Part shown: in pieces, positions 44,067-53,203 of the stretch
Numbering within the stretch: the first letter of the stretch is position 1
Layout: each line of letters begins with the position of its first letter
From: Glaciimonas sp.
GTDB lineage: Bacteria > Pseudomonadota > Gammaproteobacteria > Burkholderiales > Burkholderiaceae_D
Direction of reading: 5' to 3'
Length of the DNA stretch: 64,000 nt
Assembly: GCA_012927585.1 (NCBI GenBank)
Contig: JABBOY010000026.1
Span: forward strand, 7,408 to 71,407
The notes under the pieces: model-generated
What the model was told of the DNA's origin: nothing
Databases searched by the model: none
What the model saw: only the letters and a program-made list of their open reading frames with translations
Program-made: the position numbers and the translations under genes

Positions 44067-44080
44067 TTGAACTGAATCAA
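44067..44080. promoter_or_regulatory. FNR-like box
   Basis: TTGAA-CTGA-ATCAA, 9/10 match to TTGAT-N4-ATCAA, about 125 bp upstream of usp. Confidence 0.45.
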
Positions 44081-44204
44081 ACGAATTTTGGGACGCCTCA
44101 GTAGCCTTGACGCATGTGATGTGATGTTGATGTGACGGGACGCGGTGCTGAGTGCAGCCGTGTCAACTGATAGCACCAGCCAACCCTTTCTGAAGGAAAC
44201 CAGC

Positions 44205-44633
44205 ATGCGAAAAATATTGATACCCTGCGACGGTTCGGATAATGCGTTACGGGCGGTGCGCTATGCAGCGTCTGTTGCGACCAGGCGCTCCGATGTGCAA
44301 CTGGAGTTGCTGTATGTGCAGGATGCTGTGCCGCTAAAATTGCATGCGTCACTATCCTTGCAGGAAATCGAACGTATGCAAACCGACGAGAGTAACCGCG
44401 TTCTGCAACCAGCCAGGCAGATCCTCGACGACGAAGGTGTGCCATACCAGCTCCGCTGGTGTGCAGGCCCAGGTTCATCCGCCAACCAAATTGCGCGGCA
44501 CGTGCAAGAAACCCAATGCGACGCAATCATCATGGGCACCCGCGGACTGAGTCCGGTTGCCAACGTGATGGTCGGTTCGGTCGCCGCCAAGGTCATCCAT
44601 CTGGTTGCGGTTCCGGTGACTCTGATCAAGTAA
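44205..44633 (+). CDS. Universal stress protein
   Basis: MRKILIPCDGS, IIMGTRGLS, GSVAAKV. Confidence 0.92.
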   Translation: MRKILIPCDGSDNALRAVRYAASVATRRSDVQLELLYVQDAVPLKLHASLSLQEIERMQTDESNRVLQPARQILDDEGVPYQLRWCAGPGSSANQIARHVQETQCDAIIMGTRGLSPVANVMVGSVAAKVIHLVAVPVTLIK

Positions 44634-44732
44634 TTGCTGCAAGCGCGACCTGGAGGTTGCGGGAGCAATCCGGCCCTGTTCCCGCGCATCGATAAAACCG
44701 ATGCGGGCTCTCTCTGTTAGTGACTCTCTTGA

Positions 44733-44797
44733 AAAATAGGGTGTATCACGATTTTTATGGCATTCTCCGCATATTTACATTGGCATTCTAAATATAC
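44733..44797 (+). repeat. AT-rich dispersed element copy 5
   Basis: AAAATAGGGT-GTAT(44743)-N20-CCGCAT(44767)-N21-ATAC. Confidence 0.7.
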
Positions 44798-44960
44798 CCA
44801 TAGCTATACGGGCATCCGTCAAATTATCATTTCAGCGCGCTTATCTGCTCCTGCGTCCCCACTACCTTCCTTTTTTCGTGGAAAGCGTCTTCCCCCATAA
44901 TGGGCACGCGTAACATCAGTTAATCAATTATTTCATCAACTTACCCAATTCTGGAATCCC

Positions 44961-45608
44961 ATGCTAATCATCACCATCAAACAAGGCAAAGAAAAAAGCC
45001 TGCTGGAAAATCGCCAGCCGTGGATTTATGCCTCTGCGGTTGAGCGCGTCGATGGCAAACCCGAAGAGAAAATGAAATCAGGCGCGACGGCGCTGGTGCG
45101 ATCCTCTTCCGGGCAATTTCTGGCGCGCGCCGCCTGGAGCCCGAAATCGCAGATTCGGGCTCGCATCTGGAGTTTCGATGAAAACGAGCCAATCGACCAT
45201 GCGTTGGTCAAGCGCCGCGTCAAGACAGCCGTCGCCGCACGCAACGGTGCCGCCAACGGCAAAAAGACCGCGCCAAATCATTTGATACACCTCATTCTGG
45301 GCGAAGACGACGGTCTACCTGGGCTGGTAGTTGACTGGTTTGGCGGCCAGCAAGGTTATCTGGTGTGCCAGTTTCAGGCTGCTGGCGTGGATGCCTGGAA
45401 GATCCCCATCGTGCAGGCCCTGATCGCCGCAACCGGCTGCCCGAACGTGTACGAACGCGCCGATGCACTAGTGCGCAAGGGCGAAGGCTTGCCGGTCACA
45501 AATGGCATACTGGCCGGCGACGAACCACCGGACGAAATGCTGTTCACTGAAAATGGCATGCGCCATGCACTCAACATCAAGACTGGTAAAAAGAGTAATT
45601 TCAGATAA
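44961..45608 (+). CDS. RlmI-like protein: PUA and middle domains only, no methyltransferase domain
   Basis: PWIY, SPKSQIRARIW, EDDGLPGLVVD, CPNVYERAD; stops where the SAM-binding domain would begin. Confidence 0.75.
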   Translation: MLIITIKQGKEKSLLENRQPWIYASAVERVDGKPEEKMKSGATALVRSSSGQFLARAAWSPKSQIRARIWSFDENEPIDHALVKRRVKTAVAARNGAANGKKTAPNHLIHLILGEDDGLPGLVVDWFGGQQGYLVCQFQAAGVDAWKIPIVQALIAATGCPNVYERADALVRKGEGLPVTNGILAGDEPPDEMLFTENGMRHALNIKTGKKSNFR

Positions 45609-45674
45609 AATTCAGAAGCTACAGGAACCCGCCGAACCGGCCCATCCAATGCACCCGACTTCAGGAGTTGCACC

Positions 45675-47189
45675 TTGCTGACACCTCATTTCATCGCTCC
45701 CGCCCACTTTGACGATCCTGCTGCTGCATTAAACCAGGTGCATGCCATTTATGAACGCAGCATCAGCCATTTGCGCGAATCCCTGCAACGCTTCGTCAGC
45801 GGCGAAAATCCGTCAGATCACGTACGCGCCTGTTATCCGTTTGTGCGCGTGCATACCGATACTGTAGTGCGGGCCGATTCGCGCCTGTCTTACGGCTTTG
45901 TGGCTGGGGCCGGCACTTTCGAAACCACGCTCACGCGACCTGATCTGTTCTCAAACTACTATCTGGAGCAGTTTCGTTTGCTGCTGAAAAACCACAATCG
46001 CAACCAGCAGGTGCAACTGGAAATAGGCACCAGCACGCAGCCGATTCCAGTGCATTTCTCGTTTGCCGAGCACGACCACATTGAAGGCAGCATGAGCGCC
46101 GAGCGACGTTTGTCGATGCGCGACCTGTTCGACCTGCCCGATCTGGCCGCGATGGACGACGGCATTGCCAATGGCACCTACGAAGTACGGCCCGGGGAAG
46201 CCAGGCCGTTATCGTTGTTCACTGCCCCTCGGGTGGACTATTCGCTGCAACGGCTGCGCCACTACACCGGCACCGCACCCGAATATTTCCAGAATTTTGT
46301 GCTGTTTACCAACTACCAGTTCTACATCGACGAGTTCGTGCGACTGGCGCACGAGATCATGAACCGTGCTCCCGATCCTTTGGCCCCGGCGGACGATGAC
46401 ACTTACATTGCCTTTGTCGAGCCGGGCAATGTGATCATGCGAAGAGTGGGGCAAAGCGTACAAATCGGAGACGACATGGGCGCAGCGCCACCGCGTCTGC
46501 CGCAGATGCCCGGTTTTCATCTGATCCGTGCCGATGGCAGCGGCATCACCATGATCAACATCGGGGTCGGCCCGGCCAATGCCAAAACCATCACCGACCA
46601 TATTGCCGTATTGCGTCCGCATGCGTGGCTGATGCTCGGCCACTGTGCCGGCCTGCGCAACACCCAGCAATTGGGCGACTATGTACTGGCGCACGGTTAT
46701 GTGCGCGAAGATCACGTGCTGGATGAGGATTTGCCGCTGTGGGTACCGATTCCGCCGCTGGCAGAAGTGCAGGTGGCAATCGAAGCCGCAGTGGCGGAAA
46801 TCACCCAACTCACCGGTTACGACCTGAAACGGGTGATGCGCACCGGCACGGTAGCCAGCACCGACAACCGCAACTGGGAATTGCTGCCGCAGCGCACGCC
46901 CGAGCGCCGTTTTAGCCAGAGCCGCGCGATTGCGCTGGATATGGAAAGCGCCACCATTGCTGCCAACGGTTTTCGTTTCCGTGTGCCCTACGGTACCTTG
47001 CTGTGCGTGAGCGACAAACCGCTGCATGGCGAAATCAAACTGCCCGGCATGGCAAACCAGTTCTATCGCGACCGGATCGATCAACATTTGCGCATCGGCA
47101 TCCGCGCAGTAGAGTTGTTACGCAAGCAAGGTGTAGACAAATTGCATAGTCGCAAACTGCGCAGTTTTGCCGAGGTGGCGTTTCAATAA
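45675..47189 (+). CDS. amn: AMP nucleosidase
   Basis: RVDYSLQRLRHYTGT, VLFTNYQFY, NIGVGPANAKTITDH, ALDMESAT. Confidence 0.95.
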   Translation: MLTPHFIAPAHFDDPAAALNQVHAIYERSISHLRESLQRFVSGENPSDHVRACYPFVRVHTDTVVRADSRLSYGFVAGAGTFETTLTRPDLFSNYYLEQFRLLLKNHNRNQQVQLEIGTSTQPIPVHFSFAEHDHIEGSMSAERRLSMRDLFDLPDLAAMDDGIANGTYEVRPGEARPLSLFTAPRVDYSLQRLRHYTGTAPEYFQNFVLFTNYQFYIDEFVRLAHEIMNRAPDPLAPADDDTYIAFVEPGNVIMRRVGQSVQIGDDMGAAPPRLPQMPGFHLIRADGSGITMINIGVGPANAKTITDHIAVLRPHAWLMLGHCAGLRNTQQLGDYVLAHGYVREDHVLDEDLPLWVPIPPLAEVQVAIEAAVAEITQLTGYDLKRVMRTGTVASTDNRNWELLPQRTPERRFSQSRAIALDMESATIAANGFRFRVPYGTLLCVSDKPLHGEIKLPGMANQFYRDRIDQHLRIGIRAVELLRKQGVDKLHSRKLRSFAEVAFQ

Positions 47190-47197
47190 GCCCGTTG

Positions 47198-48505
47198 TTA
47201 CTCCTGCCTCGCTTGCGCATTGAAAAAGCGCATCATTTCCCGGCTCGCATCCGGGCCTTTGGCATCGGTATAACTGCCGCGCTTGCTGCCGCCGGCCCAC
47301 GCATGTGCAGCGCCATGGATCAGCCAGTGTTCGGCCACGATCTGCCCTTCGGCATTTTGATGCGTAGTCTGGGTGTAGGCGTGGCCGTTTGGAATTTTGC
47401 CGCGCAACACGCTTGGCTCGGATTTACTCGATGGTGCTGCAGAAGCCGCTCCTTGATGACGAACAACCTGGCTTTGCGCCATCACCTTTTCCCCGTTGCG
47501 CGGATGCACCGTAGTGTCTCGATCGCCATGAAATACGATGATCGGAATCGTATTTTTTTGTGCGGCAGCAGCCGATTTAGCTGTCTCATTAAGCGCCGAC
47601 TTGCCTGCCACCCCACCTTTCATTGCAGCCAATGCAGACGGCAAGTCATGTGCGGCCGCATACGGCAAACCGGAATGGACGCCGACCGCCGCGTACAGAT
47701 CAGGATAATGCGTGCCCATGATGACGGCCATCGCGCCGCCGGCCGACATGCCCGCGATATAGACTCGGCTCGCATCGATATTGTGGCTGCTGATAATCTG
47801 GCGCGTGATGCCGGCGATGATCGACGGCTCGCCCTGGTCGCGCTGCTGATCGATGGCATTGAACCAGTTCCAGCACTTGGAGCTGTTGGCTGATTGGGTT
47901 TGTGCCGGATAGACGACGAAACATTGTTTTTCTTCCGCGATGGCGTTCATCCGGGTGCCGGCGGCAAAGTCGTCCGGGCTTTGCGTACAGCCATGCAGCA
48001 TCACAATCAACGGCAGCGCCTGGCCGTGGTAACCGCTCGGAATATACAATTTGTAACTACGGCTGCCGGCCTGGTTGGAATAAGAACCGGTAATAAATTG
48101 GCCCGCGCTGCTGGCATCTGTTTCCGCTTCATGCTGAGGCTGCGACTGCGGCACCAAGGATGGGGTCGGAAATTCAGTCGGGAAAAATTCTGGCCGGACA
48201 AACTGTCCCCCTTCAAGGCCGGTTTGGATACCCAGCTTTGCCAATAAATCGGACACAAAATCATTCGCCAGCGGGACATCATCCACCTTGGCGGCATTCA
48301 TCGCATCTTTTTCGGGCAAGGGATTGATATCGTGCATCGGACGCGATTGGGGCGTGCGTTCGGCTGGATTAGCGGCGGCGTGTTGTGAATAAATGCCTTT
48401 CTGCAGCGCGTGCTGAATTGCCTCAGTCGCTGCCATCGGGCCGACGGCCATCAATTTTTGCGTGGCCTCGCGTAGTTTCGCGAGCATTTCTTCATGAAGT
48501 TTCAT
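47198..48505 (-). CDS. PHB depolymerase-family esterase (LpqC-like)
   Basis: MLHGCTQ, CWNWF, AGMSAGG lipase box, HAWAGGS; long N-terminal extension. Confidence 0.88.
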   Translation of the reverse strand: MKLHEEMLAKLREATQKLMAVGPMAATEAIQHALQKGIYSQHAAANPAERTPQSRPMHDINPLPEKDAMNAAKVDDVPLANDFVSDLLAKLGIQTGLEGGQFVRPEFFPTEFPTPSLVPQSQPQHEAETDASSAGQFITGSYSNQAGSRSYKLYIPSGYHGQALPLIVMLHGCTQSPDDFAAGTRMNAIAEEKQCFVVYPAQTQSANSSKCWNWFNAIDQQRDQGEPSIIAGITRQIISSHNIDASRVYIAGMSAGGAMAVIMGTHYPDLYAAVGVHSGLPYAAAHDLPSALAAMKGGVAGKSALNETAKSAAAAQKNTIPIIVFHGDRDTTVHPRNGEKVMAQSQVVRHQGAASAAPSSKSEPSVLRGKIPNGHAYTQTTHQNAEGQIVAEHWLIHGAAHAWAGGSKRGSYTDAKGPDASREMMRFFNAQARQE

Positions 48506-48571
48506 GGGGTGCGATCCTTTCAATAGTCATCGGGCAGTGTTGCCATCGGTGACAAGTGTCAACTTCTTAAT

Positions 48572-48985
48572 TTAACGAATACGCCCGGTTAGCGCTGTTT
48601 TGACCAACGAACTCGCATGCAATGCTCCCAATACCACCACAGAATCGATCGTCGCCAGGGCTAGTTCTGGCGATACATCGGTGCCGATACTAGCTAAACC
48701 CAACACCTGAATTTGCAGGCGCTGCCCGGCGGCTTGCACGGCCTCAAGATCTGCGCGGGAATAATGTTGCAATCCAAGCACCAGACTTTTGCGCGCCACC
48801 GTTTGCTTGACTACCTCGGCATGGGTACTCAATTGATTGCGAATGGCGGTGCGGATCAGATCGGTACGATTGGAATAAAAGCCTTCCTGCACCAATAAAT
48901 CAATTTGTCCAAGATCGATTAATCCCAGATTAATGGTGATTTTCTCGCTTTCGTTGAGCTTGGGCCGAATTTCATGCAGGTTCAT
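48572..48985 (-). CDS. CopG/ribbon-helix-helix transcriptional regulator
   Basis: EKITINLGLIDLGQIDLLVQEGFYSNRTDLIRTAIRNQL; start trimmed to MNLHE. Confidence 0.88.
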   Translation of the reverse strand: MNLHEIRPKLNESEKITINLGLIDLGQIDLLVQEGFYSNRTDLIRTAIRNQLSTHAEVVKQTVARKSLVLGLQHYSRADLEAVQAAGQRLQIQVLGLASIGTDVSPELALATIDSVVVLGALHASSLVKTALTGRIR

Positions 48986-49032
48986 ATATCCTCTTATAAC
49001 ATCCAAATAACCTCTAAATGGAATCCACATAC

Positions 49033-49046
49033 CATCCATACGGATG
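49033..49046. promoter_or_regulatory. Candidate CopG operator
   Basis: CATCC-ATAC-GGATG palindrome about 50 bp upstream of the CopG start. Confidence 0.4.
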
Positions 49047-49142
49047 TTATCACAAAAACAGACGAACGATTGTCGAGTAAAAAGCGACGCTATCGACAGG
49101 AGTCGATGCGTCGCATTATCGCAATCAAGCAAGTCAAACTAT

Positions 49143-49577
49143 TTATGCATGCGCCTGCGTCCACGCCACAATACCGGCAGCGTCCATCGCACCGGCTTGC
49201 CGCGCCACTTCGCGCCCGTTCTTGAACAGCGCCAGAGTCGGGATGCTGCGAATGGCGTACTGTGCAGCTAATTCCTGCGCTTGTTCAGTATCGAGCTTGA
49301 CGACCCGGATGGCCGGCTCTAAAAGTTGTGCCGCCTGTGCGTAGGATGGCGCCATCGTGCGGCACGGGCCGCACCACGGGGCCCAGAAATCGACCAGTAC
49401 CGGGATCTGATTACGCGTGATGTGCCGTATGAAACGGGCGCTATCGAGCTCCAGCGGTTGTGCTGCGAACAACGGTTTCTGGCACTTGCCGCAGGTGGGT
49501 TGCGCGTTGAGTTTGTCCGCCGGAACGCGGTTGACTGCATCGCAATGCGGGCAGACGATATGCAGGGAATCGGACAT
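49143..49577 (-). CDS. trxC: Thioredoxin 2
   Basis: CPHC...CGKC zinc finger plus WCGPC active site. Confidence 0.93.
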   Translation of the reverse strand: MSDSLHIVCPHCDAVNRVPADKLNAQPTCGKCQKPLFAAQPLELDSARFIRHITRNQIPVLVDFWAPWCGPCRTMAPSYAQAAQLLEPAIRVVKLDTEQAQELAAQYAIRSIPTLALFKNGREVARQAGAMDAAGIVAWTQAHA

Positions 49578-49643
49578 GCTTTTCCTTTTAACTGAGGCTG
49601 ATGCTGAAACTAGGCGTAGGTAAAAAAATAACTGATTTTGCAG

Positions 49644-51173
49644 TCATTGCAAAATAGGGATTTTAGCCTGCATGCAGCGCCGCCCGTGCCGACCCAAGAT
49701 ACGAATCTGCCGTTCAGTGCGCGCATCGAGATAACCCTGAGTCAGGCCGGCGCTGAAAGCCAGCTCAGGATGGCCGTGCGCCAATTGCTGCAACAAACGG
49801 TCGGCTACCGCAATGTCATTAAGCCGGCCTAATCGATCCTGCAAGCCTGATAGAGCCTTGAGATACGCGTGCATCGGCCCGGGCCGGTACAGCGACTGGA
49901 AAAACTCACTGGCATAACGTAATTTCTTGGCCGCAATGCGCACTCGATGGCGCGCTTGAGACAGATCATCTTGTGATCGTAGCCGCCGCAACCGTTTGAT
50001 GCGCTTTTGCATTTTTTTACGGCATTGCTGCAGCGTATTTGCCGCAAAATCAGGCAACGGCAGTGCCCACGTTCGATCGCCCTGCAGCGCCTGCGCGTTA
50101 TGTAGCCAACTGCCGATAGCCAGCAGAAAAGCTGCATAGCGCACCGAACTCAGGGCCAACTCAGCCTGATGCCGATGCCGTTGCGCCAGCGTATGCGCCG
50201 TCTGCAGTAGCGCCTCCGGCAGCGGAACTGGGCCGGAATGTCTTAGCATTCCAGAAAAAACTTCCCAGTCGCGCGCGGCACCCAATACGCCCAACAGCCA
50301 TTTCAATTCAGCTAACAGCCCCGCAGGGCAAGGCACAATTTGGGTAAATAATCCAATTGCGCAACGCAATCGACGCAGGCCGACGCGCATCTGGTGCACG
50401 CTTTCCGGGTCGCTACCCAGCTTGACCCCATCCTCATTGCCCTGGATTTGCGCCAGGCAATTACCGACTATCGCTTGCAAGCCTTGCTCTACGTTCAAGT
50501 CTGAAGCCAGCATCAGGGGCACCACCATCGCCACTGTTGGCGCTTGCGGCATCAGCAACGCATAACCGCGCCCGGCCTTGCTGATATTACCAACACGCAA
50601 CGGCAGCGTTTGTTGCAATTCCAGAGCAAATTCAAACAGCCCGGCCGCTGCGCCGGATTTGAGTTCCAGTTCGATCTCGCTAATCGGCAAGCTTGTTGCT
50701 GCATGTACCACCGCGCCTTGATCGAGCACCAGTTCGACCTCTTCCCCGTGCGCCAGGCGCAATTGCCACAGCGTGCGGCGAAATTTAGTAATGAAAATCG
50801 GCACCAGTTGTGAACTTAAATCGCTACCGAGCAACCTCCGGCCCCATTTACTGTGCCGTCCGACCAGATCGGCCAAAGCCGTGAGATCGGGAAATCCGCC
50901 AGTCACAGAAGATTCCCACTCTTCACGTTGATGCAGGCCGGCCGCCACCTGAGCGTCTGCCTTTAGGGTCTGTATCCACTGGCGGTTGACGCTGCGCACC
51001 CGCAATCCGGCACCGTGTCGCCTGAAATAACCATCCGGCGTATCGAAATAAGTGCTGGTAAGTTGTTGCGTGGTGGGCTTGGCAAGCGCATACCGGCGCA
51101 GCAAAGAATGCCGTCGAAAAAGCGCCACGCCAGCCGGGTCCAGCAATAGTTTCAGTTCGGTTTCCATACGCAC
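49644..51173 (-). CDS. CYTH and CHAD domain protein
   Basis: ETELKL, YFDT, EIELELK (CYTH); HQMRVGLRRLR, HRVRIAAKKLRY (CHAD). Confidence 0.9.
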   Translation of the reverse strand: MRMETELKLLLDPAGVALFRRHSLLRRYALAKPTTQQLTSTYFDTPDGYFRRHGAGLRVRSVNRQWIQTLKADAQVAAGLHQREEWESSVTGGFPDLTALADLVGRHSKWGRRLLGSDLSSQLVPIFITKFRRTLWQLRLAHGEEVELVLDQGAVVHAATSLPISEIELELKSGAAAGLFEFALELQQTLPLRVGNISKAGRGYALLMPQAPTVAMVVPLMLASDLNVEQGLQAIVGNCLAQIQGNEDGVKLGSDPESVHQMRVGLRRLRCAIGLFTQIVPCPAGLLAELKWLLGVLGAARDWEVFSGMLRHSGPVPLPEALLQTAHTLAQRHRHQAELALSSVRYAAFLLAIGSWLHNAQALQGDRTWALPLPDFAANTLQQCRKKMQKRIKRLRRLRSQDDLSQARHRVRIAAKKLRYASEFFQSLYRPGPMHAYLKALSGLQDRLGRLNDIAVADRLLQQLAHGHPELAFSAGLTQGYLDARTERQIRILGRHGRRCMQAKIPILQ

Positions 51174-51303
51174 ATCCCGAAAAATTGGTTCATGACAGGC
51201 CCCGCAAAACTACAAAATAGCACACGCAATGCGGCAAGCCATGCCAAACATCAACCAGATACGCGCCAGAATTCCTTTGCGTCACGGTTGACGCAATCCT
51301 ACT

Positions 51304-51504
51304 TTACAACGCATCACGGATGTTATGTGCGCCTAGTGGCCTGCGCCAAAGCAACAAGCCGGCCAGACACAGAAACAGCAAGGAGCCAAAACCCCATACC
51401 CAGGCATAACCAATCATGTCGGCCCAAGGTACCAGGGCATAGGCCAGTCCGAGCAGCGCCCAGACGATGGCGATCGGAACGATCAGCCAAAAATCTTCAT
51501 TCAT
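51304..51504 (-). CDS. Small two-TM membrane protein, possible accessory subunit of the oxidase-like complex
   Basis: 66 aa, two hydrophobic segments, AAGGGG RBS, starts 18 bp after subunit I stop. Confidence 0.65.
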   Translation of the reverse strand: MNEDFWLIVPIAIVWALLGLAYALVPWADMIGYAWVWGFGSLLFLCLAGLLLWRRPLGAHNIRDAL

Positions 51505-51522
51505 GTATTTACCCCTTGAGAA

Positions 51523-53202
51523 TCAATGACCGGCAGCGCCGCCAACGACGGTTACCGGGAGTGCTTGCATCAGTTCAAAGCCAATCGCCGAGAAAGCGTA
51601 CATCGCGATCACAATCACCAGCACGGAAATGGGACCGACCCAGGCTTTGAGCCCTGCGGGCGCCGCACTGTCACCCCACGACACCGTCAGGCCATCCGTC
51701 GATGACACGGTTATCTGCCGCCCGGGCCACAAGGACGCAGCAATACCCGCAGCGAAGGCGGTCAGAGCCACTGCCATGATGCTCCCGCCAATAGCGACGG
51801 TCATCATCAGGCCTTGCCACAAAGCTGGCGCCAAATTCTGGTAAGTCACATCCATCACCCGACGCGGTACGCCCAGATAGCCGGCCGTTATGCCGGCGGC
51901 ACCGAACACCAGCAAGCCTGCAAATGCCAGCCAGGGCATCCAGCGCAACAGATCGGGACGCCACAGCGGACGCCCGCCAATGGCTGGCAGCACGACTGAC
52001 AAGGCCGCCAGCAACGTCATACTCACCGTACCGACAGTGAAAAAATGGAAATAACCCGGCACAAAGAAAGTGTCCGACAGCAGCGGCGCAAGCTGGGCTT
52101 GAATCAGCACAAAGGCAAACACCAGTCCCAATCCCATGCTCAACACGGCCACGCCCATGGCGGCCATGGCTGGGTGACGCCACGGCAGCAGACGGATCCA
52201 GCCGAACAAGCCGCGGCCACCTTGAGCGCGGGCGTGTACTTCCAATGACGCCACGATGATGAGAAAAGCGGTGATCGTGGGCACACTGACGAACAGGGAC
52301 AAAATCGACCCGCCCACTTGAACCATCTTGGGTAAATTCGGTTCCAGAAACATGTGGTAAAGCGAGGTAGGTGGCACAAATATCAGGTACATGGAGAAAA
52401 CGATCTTTGAGAAACGCTCGCCGAACACCGATTTGACTCCTGTAAGAGTTTGCATCAGCACGTACCAGAGGATCACCGTCGCCATCAGCGGCAGGTAATG
52501 CATGTTGTGAAACACGATGTGCCAGCGGGTGCCGTGATTGGCCGGAAAGGGCCCGACACCCAGTACCCACAAGACACCAGGCGCAAAGGTGTACAAGGCA
52601 GCAAATCCCGTCACCATCAGAAACCCGGCCCAAGCGAACAAGGCAAATCCGATGGCGCTCAGTCGATCCTGTTGACCCTGCCAGCGCGGCTTCAGCAAAG
52701 TCGCAATGGCTGAAGCCGGCAGAGCCATCAATCCCAAGGCCAGACATAGGTAACCCAGGTTGAAAACAAGCAAGGCGCTTGGGTTGTCGGCAGCCAGTTC
52801 GGGCGCGCCGTTGTAGAGCAGCGGCGTGCCCATGAACGAACCTGCCATGCTCAAGCCCAAGCCCACCAGTATCAGCGCGAAGCCGCTCCACGCCAGGCGC
52901 GGCAAAGCCAGTCCGCCACTGTGTTCGGTAGCGGCAAAGCCCAACAACAACGCCGCCTGCGCGGTGAACAGCCAGTAGAAGAAGATGCTCTGGCCGTGTA
53001 CGGTCAGAGCGCGGTAGCCCGTGTTCAGCGAAAGATCCAACAAGCCGCCGCGCACCAGCGCGGTAGTCAGGCCGGCCAGTACGCCTATCGCTAGTGCCAA
53101 CAGCGCGACTGCAACCATGCTCTTGAGCAGACGACGGTCATGCGCCGGCAGAGTGATAAAACGTTCAATGTAAGTGGATGTGGTTGTGGGGGTGTGGGTC
53201 AT
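51523..53202 (-). CDS. B-family (ba3-like) heme-copper oxidase subunit I homologue with altered active site
   Basis: LTVHG, HxxxY (FHNMHY), GGRGLFGWIRLLPW, VPRR match ba3 CbaA; LYHMF and PGYFH replace FHHQF and PGHFH. Confidence 0.88.
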   Translation of the reverse strand: MTHTPTTTSTYIERFITLPAHDRRLLKSMVAVALLALAIGVLAGLTTALVRGGLLDLSLNTGYRALTVHGQSIFFYWLFTAQAALLLGFAATEHSGGLALPRLAWSGFALILVGLGLSMAGSFMGTPLLYNGAPELAADNPSALLVFNLGYLCLALGLMALPASAIATLLKPRWQGQQDRLSAIGFALFAWAGFLMVTGFAALYTFAPGVLWVLGVGPFPANHGTRWHIVFHNMHYLPLMATVILWYVLMQTLTGVKSVFGERFSKIVFSMYLIFVPPTSLYHMFLEPNLPKMVQVGGSILSLFVSVPTITAFLIIVASLEVHARAQGGRGLFGWIRLLPWRHPAMAAMGVAVLSMGLGLVFAFVLIQAQLAPLLSDTFFVPGYFHFFTVGTVSMTLLAALSVVLPAIGGRPLWRPDLLRWMPWLAFAGLLVFGAAGITAGYLGVPRRVMDVTYQNLAPALWQGLMMTVAIGGSIMAVALTAFAAGIAASLWPGRQITVSSTDGLTVSWGDSAAPAGLKAWVGPISVLVIVIAMYAFSAIGFELMQALPVTVVGGAAGH

Positions 53203-53203
53203 T

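Noticed and set aside
44115-44135. TGTGA-TGTGA-TGTTGA-TGTGA micro-repeat upstream of usp
   Set aside because: Too short and imperfect to support phase variation or a CRP site.
47198-48985. CopG plus PHB-depolymerase-like esterase as a new system
   Set aside because: A pairing I recognise as widespread in proteobacteria.
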